Of a stretch of 64,000 nucleotides of DNA, positions 1-8,445 are shown in pieces. Numbering within the stretch: position 1 is the stretch's first letter; the number at the start of each line of letters is the position of its first letter. Source of the DNA: a bacterium (lineage in GTDB: Bacteria > SAR324 > NAC60-12); assembly GCA_965233585.1 (NCBI GenBank), contig CBDDTI010000745.1, forward strand, positions 160,001 through 224,000, read 5' to 3'. A model generated the notes under the pieces. That model was given only the letters and a program-made list of their open reading frames with translations, was not told where the DNA came from and searched no databases. A program made the translations under genes and the position numbers.

Positions 1-43
1 TTACGAGAAGTTCAATGATTTTTTTATAAAGGAGAATGCAACG

Positions 44-985
44 ATGTTCAGTAAAATTAATTGGCAAGACTACATTATTTACATTGTCTTTGCAGGGATT
101 TTTTTGTTTTTCTCTTTGACCCTGTCAGATAGGGGTTTTTTAAATCCTGCAAATTTAATGAATATTGCAAGGCAGACGGCTATGATTTCTATCATGGCAG
201 TAGGCATGACCTTTGTGCTTTCTGCTGCTGAAATTGATTTGTCATTTGGTGCTGTGGTGGCGCTGGCAGCCATTGTCTCGGCACTTGCGTTGAGAGCAAC
301 CGATCATGTGTTGATTGCTGTCTTGTCTGGTTTGGGTGCAGGAACATTTGTTGGTGTCCTGAATGGTTTTTTTGTGGGTTATGTGGGAATCCCAAGTTTT
401 TTAGTGACTTTGGGTATGACGGGCATTGTCACAGGTGTAGCCCGTTGGATAACACAGCTACGTTCTATTCCTGTTAACAATGATACCTTTACCTTTATCT
501 TTGGTTCAGGAAACATTGGTCCTTTTTCTGTTTTGTTTTTTTGGATGTTTTTAGTCGCTATCGCTGGTGCTATTGCTTTGAACAAGACTGTGTTTGGTAG
601 AGAAGTTTTGGCAACAGGAGGGAATCTGACATCATCGCTTTATTCAGGGATTCAGGTCAAAAAAATCAAAATGATGGTGCTGATTCTCAATGCTTTTTTA
701 GCATCGTTGGCTGGAATTTTGTATGTTGGACGCCTTCATGGAGCGCGTTACACGCTTGGAGAAAATGACTTAATGGTTGTCATTGCTGCAGTGATCATTG
801 GGGGGACAAGTTTATTTGGGGGCAAAGGAAGGGTGTTAGGGTCAGTCATTGGTGCATTGATTATGGGAATGGTCAATAATGGTCTGATTCTGATGAATTT
901 ATCAGTAGATCATCAGCTTGTGTTACGGGGAATGATTATTATTCTAGCAGTCACTGTGATGATGAAAACAAGCCGAAAATCCTAA
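44..985 (+). CDS. Sugar ABC transporter permease (RbsC/BPD_transp_2 family)
   Basis: Hydrophobic 313 aa; motifs EIDLSFGAV, GIPSFLVTLG, IAAVIIGGTSLFGGKG; AGGAG RBS upstream. Confidence 0.92.
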   Translation: MFSKINWQDYIIYIVFAGIFLFFSLTLSDRGFLNPANLMNIARQTAMISIMAVGMTFVLSAAEIDLSFGAVVALAAIVSALALRATDHVLIAVLSGLGAGTFVGVLNGFFVGYVGIPSFLVTLGMTGIVTGVARWITQLRSIPVNNDTFTFIFGSGNIGPFSVLFFWMFLVAIAGAIALNKTVFGREVLATGGNLTSSLYSGIQVKKIKMMVLILNAFLASLAGILYVGRLHGARYTLGENDLMVVIAAVIIGGTSLFGGKGRVLGSVIGALIMGMVNNGLILMNLSVDHQLVLRGMIIILAVTVMMKTSRKS

Positions 986-1117
986 ATTAAAATGTTGTTC
1001 CCATTTGTCAGTATGAAACATATCCTAAAATCAGGACGTATGCTAAATTCTTGATTTAGCATGAAAATTTTCTTTTCTTAAAGCTGAAACAGGTACAGCC
1101 TTTATTCAATTTATTTA

Positions 1118-3001
1118 ATGTGTGGGATTGCAGGATTTTTTGGGAGTTTTCAGCCTGAGTTACTAGACCGTATGAATGCTATTCAGGCACATCGTGGTCC
1201 TGATTTTGGTACAACTTTTTACCTTCAAAATTCCTTGATTGGTCTGGCACACCGCAGACTTTCTATTCTTGACCCCAGACCTGTTGCCAACCAGCCTTTG
1301 AAAAAAAATCATGCTGTTCTTTGCTTCAACGGGGAAATTTATAACTTCCGCGAACTGAAACAAGATTTAGAACAAGACGGCTTCCAGTTTCTCTCAAATG
1401 GTGATTCAGAGGTGTTCCTTTCTCTCTATCTTCGTGATGGTGTGAAGGCGTTTGAGAAAATCAATGGCATGTTTGCTGCAGCGATTTGGGATTCACAAAA
1501 ACAGTGTTTGTTGATTGCACGTGATCCTTTGGGATTGAAGCCTTTGTATTACACAGAAACCAAGCAAGGTTTTTTGTTTGCGAGTGAGATGAAGGCTCTT
1601 TTGCAAGAGTCTTCGGTGGAAAGACAAATCAATCATGATGCAGTGATTTCGCATCTCAAATATTTGTGGTCTCCAGCCCCTGACACTCTTTTGAAAAATG
1701 TGATGAAACTGGAGCCAGGGGAGTTGATGACTGTCAAAGATTCCCGTATTGTTAGCAAACGCAAATTCTATCATCTGCCTTACGACCAACCTGTTTTAAA
1801 CATCACTGAACAAGAAGCATTAGAAGAAACAAGAAGGCTGGTGAGACAAGCAACCAAAAGGCAACTGGTTTCTGATGTTCCATTGGGTGCATTCTTGTCA
1901 GGTGGGCTTGATTCCACATCGCTTTGTGCGATGGCATGTCAAGAAGGCATGCAAAATTTACCTTGTTTCACAATCGCTTTTGAGGGTGATGAATTTCAAG
2001 CAGAAGGAACAACAGATGATTTGCCTTTTGCCAAGCAAGCCGCCTCTCATCTTGGTCTGAAACTCTCTGTTGTCAATGCCAGTCCGCAAGTCTGCGACCT
2101 CTTGGAAAAGATGATCTATCACCTTGACGAACCTCAGGCAGACCCTGCACCCCTGAATGTTTTTTTAATTTGTGAACAAGCACGGAAACAAGGCATCAAA
2201 GTTTTGCTATCAGGGGCTGGAGGTGATGATATTTTTTCAGGGTATCGCCGTCATCAGGCGTTGCAATGGGACAGCCTTTGGAACGTGATGCCCCAACCTA
2301 TGCGTCAACTGATTGCAAAAAGCTCACATCTCTTGCCACAAAATCAAGTCATATTGCGTCGGATTCGTAAAGCGTTGCGTTCTGTTGACCTGAACCGCAG
2401 TGAAAGATTGGTTTCTTATTTTCATTGGAGTTCGCCAGATTGGATTCAATCTGTTTGTGGTCAGCAACTTCAAGAAACTTTGCAAAAGCCTGCCCCTGAT
2501 TCATTGCTGAATGCTCTTGGTGAGCTTGCCCCAAGTACGCCACCTCTCAATCAAATGCTGTATCTTGACACTCGCTTCTTTTTGGCAGACCACAACTTGC
2601 ATTACACTGACAAAATGTCAATGGCATCGGGTGTGGAGGTTCGCTCTCCTTTGCTTGATTTAGACCTTGTCAATTTTTGTGCAAGGTTACCTGTGAAACT
2701 GAAGCAAAAAAAAGGCATTGGTAAGTATCTTTTTAAGAAGTCCATGCAGGCATATCTTCCTGAATCTTTAATCTATCGTCCAAAAACAGGCTTTGGTATG
2801 CCTCTGCGACATTGGTTGCAGAATGATTTAAAACCGTTGTTTGAAGAAACGTTGTCAGAACAGGCATTGCAAAGAAATCAGCTTTTTGACTCTCAAGGGG
2901 TGCAACATCTTTTGAAACTGACAAAACAAGGTCGGGTAGATGGAACTTACACTTTGTTTGCCATGCTTTGCATTGAAATTTGGAGCAGGCAGTTTCTTTA
3001 A
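1118..3001 (+). CDS. asnB: Asparagine synthase (glutamine-hydrolysing) family amidotransferase
   Basis: N-terminal MCGIAG, HRGPD, HRRLSILD, FNGEIYNF, FLSGGLDS, LSGAGGDDIFSGY. Confidence 0.93.
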   Translation: MCGIAGFFGSFQPELLDRMNAIQAHRGPDFGTTFYLQNSLIGLAHRRLSILDPRPVANQPLKKNHAVLCFNGEIYNFRELKQDLEQDGFQFLSNGDSEVFLSLYLRDGVKAFEKINGMFAAAIWDSQKQCLLIARDPLGLKPLYYTETKQGFLFASEMKALLQESSVERQINHDAVISHLKYLWSPAPDTLLKNVMKLEPGELMTVKDSRIVSKRKFYHLPYDQPVLNITEQEALEETRRLVRQATKRQLVSDVPLGAFLSGGLDSTSLCAMACQEGMQNLPCFTIAFEGDEFQAEGTTDDLPFAKQAASHLGLKLSVVNASPQVCDLLEKMIYHLDEPQADPAPLNVFLICEQARKQGIKVLLSGAGGDDIFSGYRRHQALQWDSLWNVMPQPMRQLIAKSSHLLPQNQVILRRIRKALRSVDLNRSERLVSYFHWSSPDWIQSVCGQQLQETLQKPAPDSLLNALGELAPSTPPLNQMLYLDTRFFLADHNLHYTDKMSMASGVEVRSPLLDLDLVNFCARLPVKLKQKKGIGKYLFKKSMQAYLPESLIYRPKTGFGMPLRHWLQNDLKPLFEETLSEQALQRNQLFDSQGVQHLLKLTKQGRVDGTYTLFAMLCIEIWSRQFL

Positions 3002-3087
3002 ACTTGCATTCTTTCCAAAAACTTTTTATTTTGTAGCCATTGATTCCTTGACTTTTTGAATTGACCTGACTAAAAGCTAAAAAAACT

Positions 3088-4005
3088 ATGAGTTTAAGCA
3101 AAAGATTAGAACGCCTTGCAACGTTTCATTTGGACGATGACACCATTCATAAATTATTGCTCAGTGGAAAGTTAGATGACCGTTATATTGACATTGAATC
3201 TGTGCTGGAGTGGTTGGGGCAACTTGCCAAACTTTTGCCTAATGAACAAAAAAAATTGCTAGAAAAAGCACGCAGGAACTTGGAGTCAAATTGTCAACAG
3301 ATCATCTCTGAATATGCTAACTACTTTCAAGAACATGACCATATTGGCGATGAGCTTCAAGCACCCCCTGATTATGTCATCATATTGGGGGCAAATGATT
3401 CTGCCGTTCTGGAAACACGTGTGCAAAAGGGAGTTGAGACAGCAAGGAAGTATCCAAATGCCAAATTCATTTTGTCAGGTGGTGGCATTTGGACAGGAGA
3501 AACAGAAGCACAAAAGATGCAAGGTATTTTTGAAAAGCAATGCGACGGTGGCTGTGAGATTTACAAAGAAGAGGATTCTTTGGATACCATAGGCAATGCT
3601 CTGTTTTCCAAGCTCTTCATTGTCCAAAATGGTTGGGGTTTGCAAAATCGGTCTATCATGGTGATTACATCAGACTATCACGCTATCCGTGTGTTGAGCA
3701 TCTTCAAAAGAGTCTTTGACCCAAAAACCCGAATCATTGTTGAGGTCATCAGAACTCCTTCCTTTGAGAAACAACACATCTTGCCTGAATTAACCATCAA
3801 GGAAATGTCCACAGCTCATCATTCCAACTTTTCTATCTTCCGCCCTGAAGCTAGCTTGATACGTTTGGAACAAGATGAAAATTTGTCAGAACAAGAGAAT
3901 ACTTGGGACGAATCAGAAATCTTTTATCACATGTTGATGAAACATGACATGTACAGAAATCGCTTTGACCTCTTACGCAAATATGCTCAATACATTCGCT
4001 TTTAA
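3088..4005 (+). CDS. YdcF/DUF218 family protein with N-terminal extension
   Basis: VIILG, ILSGG, TEAQKM, EEDSLDTIGNA, VITSDYHAIR motifs. Confidence 0.8.
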   Translation: MSLSKRLERLATFHLDDDTIHKLLLSGKLDDRYIDIESVLEWLGQLAKLLPNEQKKLLEKARRNLESNCQQIISEYANYFQEHDHIGDELQAPPDYVIILGANDSAVLETRVQKGVETARKYPNAKFILSGGGIWTGETEAQKMQGIFEKQCDGGCEIYKEEDSLDTIGNALFSKLFIVQNGWGLQNRSIMVITSDYHAIRVLSIFKRVFDPKTRIIVEVIRTPSFEKQHILPELTIKEMSTAHHSNFSIFRPEASLIRLEQDENLSEQENTWDESEIFYHMLMKHDMYRNRFDLLRKYAQYIRF

Positions 4006-4464
4006 TCATGTTGAAGCAATGATTTGAATCACTCCTGCCTTTTCTTGCATCAAATAAATCTGATACCTTTGAGCTTCTGAAACCACACTGGCATCAAAAG
4101 ATTCACTGGCTAATCCTAAATGAAATTTAAAATCCTTGAAGTAAGGAAAGACAACAGGAAAGGTCTGCTTTTGTTTTAAAAGTTGCTCAAGATCATTGAC
4201 ATGGGCTTGTCTTTTGACTTTCACAATCAAGATGTGGTTCTGATTGAATAAAGTGATGTTATATCGCACAACGGTCTGACCAAATTTGCCACTGATATTT
4301 TGGTTGAGACTATCATAGAAAATACCCTGTATTTCAACAAAGCTGTCTTGTTCTAACGCCTCGTCAAAATAACGATAGACTCGGTCTTCTAGGGTTTCAC
4401 CATCAGAATTGATCAAACCTTTTCTGATAAATAATTCCTCTATTTCATCAAACTTTTCACTCAT
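4006..4464 (-). CDS. PD-(D/E)XK-fold (DUF3782-like) protein, probably inactive; paralog of 62645-63244
   Basis: Aligns by eye with 62645-63244 (MSExFDEI start, VKR..HVxD, QKxTFP..FP, IYLxQExAG); GGAG RBS. Confidence 0.6.
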   Translation of the reverse strand: MSEKFDEIEELFIRKGLINSDGETLEDRVYRYFDEALEQDSFVEIQGIFYDSLNQNISGKFGQTVVRYNITLFNQNHILIVKVKRQAHVNDLEQLLKQKQTFPVVFPYFKDFKFHLGLASESFDASVVSEAQRYQIYLMQEKAGVIQIIAST

Positions 4465-4536
4465 GTTGCTCTCCTAAAAATTCCAAATTTTAAAACCAAA
4501 ACTTTCCAGTCTAGCAGTTTTTTGAGAAAAAAGAGA

Positions 4537-4893
4537 GAGATTGCGGGTCAAGCTCTCAATGACGAGACAAAACAAGCCTGCAACCTCATTCTTCTGTCAT
4601 TCCGTGCTTGACACGGAATCCATCAGCAGTTAGGGGGTAGATTCCTGCTTTCGTAGGAATGACAAAGAAAGAGGCAAGAATGACCAAACGCAACCCAGCA
4701 AACTTTCTCTGTCATTCCGCACTTGACACAGAATCTCAAAAAGCAAGAGTGAGATTGCGGGTCAAGCCCACAATGACGAGACAGAACAAGTCTGCAACCT
4801 CATTCTTCTGTCATTCCGTGCTTGACACGGAATCTCAAAAAAAAAAGTACGAACAGAGTGAAAGAAAAAAAAGATTGCGGGTCAAGGTGAGCA
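4537..4893. repeat. Array of about 7 REP/RPE-like palindromic elements in alternating orientation
   Basis: GTCATTCCGTGCTTGACACGGAATC-type at 4596, 4711, 4810; inverted GAGATTGCGGGTCAAG..AATGAC-type at 4537, 4751, 4872 (partial); GATTCCTGCTTTCGTAGGAATGAC at about 4640. Confidence 0.9.
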
Positions 4894-4979
4894 GTGCCTC
4901 AAAGGCAAGCCAAGCAAAGAGTGCCAAGATGAGGCACTCTTTTTGAAGTGATGGAGAAAAAAATAAGTCTTGAAAAGTA

Positions 4980-7312
4980 TTAGTCTGTAAACTCAATGTC
5001 TATATTTTTCTCAGCACCAGTAACCTTTGAAATATCAGCATTTGAGCCAAATGCTGCAGGTTGCCAAACGATTTTTATAGTCACATTTTGTTGGGTAGTG
5101 TGAGGGTTTGCGTTTCCTTCAAATGTGATGGCAACTTTTTTATTATTATCTTGAAGTTGAGCCTTTAACGTCAAACCACTGGGAACAGCTCCTCTAATCT
5201 GATAGTGCGTATCTTTGACAAGTTTGCCTTGGGGGGCATTTTGTGCTTTAAATTGATCCACACCTTCTAAAGTTACTTCCAATATTCCATCTAAAGACCC
5301 GTCATTGGCAGTCTTTTCTGTAAATTTGGTTGCATTATTTTGGTAAACATACTTGATTTCGTTAGGAAGTTTGGCTCCGCCATTGTTACCTCCATTATTA
5401 TTTCCACCGCCATTGTTGTTATTTTTTGGGGGTAGCTTTGCTAACTCTGTTCTTAATTGAGCAAGAATTTTTTCACCTGCACTGACATTATAAAAATAAA
5501 TGGTTTCTGTTCCTGTTTTTGAATCATATGACATGATACGCTATGGCTTGTTGTCATCATAGTCAGCATCATAAGTCACGACAAGATTATTGAAAGGTCT
5601 TGTATATCTCCCATAGATTAAGTAGTCTTTTCCATCTTTGGTCTTAATCTCATAGTCTCTAAGGTAATACGATTTTTTTGTGTCGTGATGATAAACCCAT
5701 TGTTCACCTCCTGAACCATCAGCTTTTGGATTTTTAAAGTATTCTTTATAATCATTCTCACCTCTATTTTTAGCATAAGACTCATCAGCTGCTTTAATAT
5801 AATCTGCGATGGTTGTTTGATCTAGGTAATCTTTCTTTGATTTCGTGCCACAATTTCTTGATGATGAACGAAAAGGTTCATCTTTAGCAGGACAATCCTT
5901 GTCATTTGGATATGCAATTTGACCAAAAGCTTTCCGTTGATAATTCCAAACATATTGAATGTCTCCTTCTCCAAAAGTGACAGAAACATCTTTGAGTGAT
6001 GCTGTACCATACCTTGCCCTCACTAGATCATTCATCAAAATGGTTTGACCTTTCAAGTCCACTGTCTTTGCTTTGTTGCCTTCTGCTGCCATAGTCTCAA
6101 AAACTGTTTTAATGTTATATCCACTTTTTGGCAATGTGTATTTAGCAATAGTTGTCTTCTCTGCTAACTCGTCATCTTCCAGTTTTTTTTCTAAGTTACT
6201 TTTCATCTCATAAATCTTAACTTTGGATTTAGTTAGGTCTAGCCTAAAAGTAAATTCAACAACTTTTTTACCACTCAAAAAGATGTCATTAAAACTGCTT
6301 CCTTGAGCTTTTGAGCTTCGCTGCACTTTTTCTTTAGCAAATTTGAGAGAATCTTTTGAGGCAGTCACCCCTAAATCATAATTGGCTTGTCCAAACTCTG
6401 CATCGTCAGCTGTCTTTTTCAAATCTTCCAAGCGATTGGAGGCTGTTTGCATGACAACCTGATTGATTGCTGTCAGGTCTGTATCATCAATGTTAGCAGC
6501 TTTCAAAGCTTCTTGAAATTGAGTCGTTTGTTTGACCAATTCTTTTGCCACTTTATGCAGCAATTCCGCATCTTTTTTGGTGTTGGCATCGGTGGCTTTT
6601 TTGTTGGGAATGTAGTCATCAAAAGCAGAGGCGGTGTAGTCTTTGCCATCGTGCATGTCTAGCTTTGCTAAAATATTTTGTTCAGCATCTGTTGGGTCTA
6701 AAGTGGGGTCTATGTCCATTTCTGCTTTAGCGAGGGTGGTCAAAGGAGAGATGACAGCTTGCTTGCCTGCTGGAGTAGAAAGAGTGTAGGGTTTAGCCAC
6801 TTTTGCACCTTTGTCATCTTTGTCTTTGGAATCTGCCGTGACCTCTGCAATGATGGGATAGTTTTCTTGGTCATCAATGACTTGGTCAAAGGCATACTTT
6901 CCAGTTGCATCAGTCATGGCAAAGGGTTCATCTGCATCACATTTGGTGTTTCTGTTTTTGTCAAGACAGACTTTGGCATTTTCAATATAGCCATCTACCA
7001 CTGTTCCAGCAAGTTTGGCTTTGGCTTGAGTGGTCGTCTTTTCTTGTTTTGTTTCAGAAGAGTCAGAGCTACTGTCATCATCATTTGCACAAGCGAAAAT
7101 GACAAAAATTGTCAGCGGAATGAGAAGAGTTTGAGTGAAAAAATCTTTAAAAAAGAAAGGAAAGTTTTTGAGAAAAACTTTGCGAGGGGGTGATTTTTGT
7201 CTTGACTTTTGAAAAAGCTGATTCAGCCTATAATAGATTGCGGATTGCGGATTGCGGATTGCGGATTGCGGATTGCGGATTGCGGATTGCGGATTGCGGA
7301 TAAATTTTCCAT
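4980..7312 (-). pseudogene. Phase-variable surface lipoprotein, currently OFF (heptamer frameshift) and split by an in-frame TAG at 5541-5543
   Basis: ATG 7312 gives MENLSAIRNPQ... and stops at 7223; the adjacent frame is open from the repeat through the signal peptide LLIPLTIFVIFA-C (Cys 7091-7089) into ORF 5541-7001; ORF 4980-5534 continues in the same frame after TAG CGT ATC. Confidence 0.85.
7239..7301 (-). repeat. Simple sequence repeat (ATCCGCA)9
   Basis: Nine perfect heptamers plus ATC, starting 11 nt after the A of ATG 7312. Confidence 0.97.
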
Positions 7313-7390
7313 GTCGTTACCTTTTTTAGGTTGATAATAAAAAGATGCTATTTAGACCATCATCTCAAATAGCTAGAAAAGAAGTAGAAG

Positions 7391-7419
7391 ATTGTAGCTG
7401 AGTCAAAAATGAAATGCAA
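7391..7419 (-). promoter_or_regulatory. Sigma70-type promoter TTGCAT-N17-TACAAT for the lipoprotein gene
   Basis: Near-consensus hexamers with 17-nt spacer; identical copy at 57219-57247. Confidence 0.75.
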
Positions 7420-7608
7420 GCGATTTTTTGAAAAATTTACAAAACATGGAATGATTGAAAAAATCATTTGTCTATCTCTTGCAAAAAATGAGACTTCTTT
7501 AGGTGTTTTTCTTCATGGAACAAAGATGAATCCACTTTTGACCTTTAAGTCACATTTGCTTTTTGGTTGCCAACTTGCTGGTGAGGTCTCAAGGCTGAGT
7601 CTGTGAGG

Positions 7609-8307
7609 TTAGAAGTTTGGAAAGTATTCTGAAATTTTAATGAATTGCGTCTCAAGGTCTCGTCCAGAATAGGAGATCGTGTCAGCATCTTGCCACTCAA
7701 GTTCTATGTTAAAAAACTGACTGGTGATTTGGATTGGAAACGTTAAGACTTTCCCTTGCTTTCTCTTCAGCAAATGAACTTTTAAAGTGTAAACTTCTTT
7801 GGTCTGACCATCTTCCAACTGTGACGTCTCTCGTTTGGCAATGTGGTAAAAAGTTGCGGATTTTTCAGACAATTCCAATCCTCTGACGGTGTTGATACGA
7901 AAGGCAATCGGATTCAGCTTCCCGTTTAAAATCTGGACAAATTTAGAAAAGCCGTTGGGCATCTGGAGTCTGTAAAACTCACGGTCAATGCGTTTGAGTC
8001 GGGGTTTTTCATCAGGGTCAAGAGAACTCATTTGCACCTCAAAATTGGCTTGTGTGTCGTCAAGCAAGTATAAAAACAGATTGGAATTTGGAATCAATAG
8101 CACATCAACAATGACCTGTGCATCGTGCATCGCCACTAGTTTTCTTTTGTAATATAACGCATTGCCGATCCTGCCTTGTGGGAATATCTGATACTCTCCT
8201 TTGTAGGAAACCCCTTGATATTCATTGCCTGTTGGTAATCTTTCTAAACCCCAAACAACCGAACTGGCTAACAAGAAGCCTACCAACGTTAAATATTTCA
8301 TTTTCAT
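7609..8307 (-). CDS. Hypothetical secreted protein
   Basis: About 230-aa ORF with signal-peptide-like N-terminus MKMKYLTLVGFLLASSVVWG; GGAG upstream. Confidence 0.7.
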   Translation of the reverse strand: MKMKYLTLVGFLLASSVVWGLERLPTGNEYQGVSYKGEYQIFPQGRIGNALYYKRKLVAMHDAQVIVDVLLIPNSNLFLYLLDDTQANFEVQMSSLDPDEKPRLKRIDREFYRLQMPNGFSKFVQILNGKLNPIAFRINTVRGLELSEKSATFYHIAKRETSQLEDGQTKEVYTLKVHLLKRKQGKVLTFPIQITSQFFNIELEWQDADTISYSGRDLETQFIKISEYFPNF

Positions 8308-8445
8308 CAAAATCACTCCAAAAGACAGAACATTTGAGAAGGGTCTATTTTAAAGATTCTGGTTGACAATACTAGGGTAGTTTGATAAACAATGTCAACA
8401 GGTCTTCACTCTTTCATCATTTAGCCTTATTAATTTAACTGGTCT

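Noticed and set aside
4537..4893. CRISPR array
   Set aside because: Repeats alternate in orientation, spacing is irregular, spacers are themselves repeated, and no cas genes are present
4659..4946. 95-aa ORF (likewise 62410-62766 and 63417-63599)
   Set aside because: These are translations of the palindromic repeat arrays with no other coding evidence
5541..5543. Genome-wide TAG reassignment
   Set aside because: TAG terminates rpmF, rho, fdxA and folB at their expected ends, and RF1 is intact
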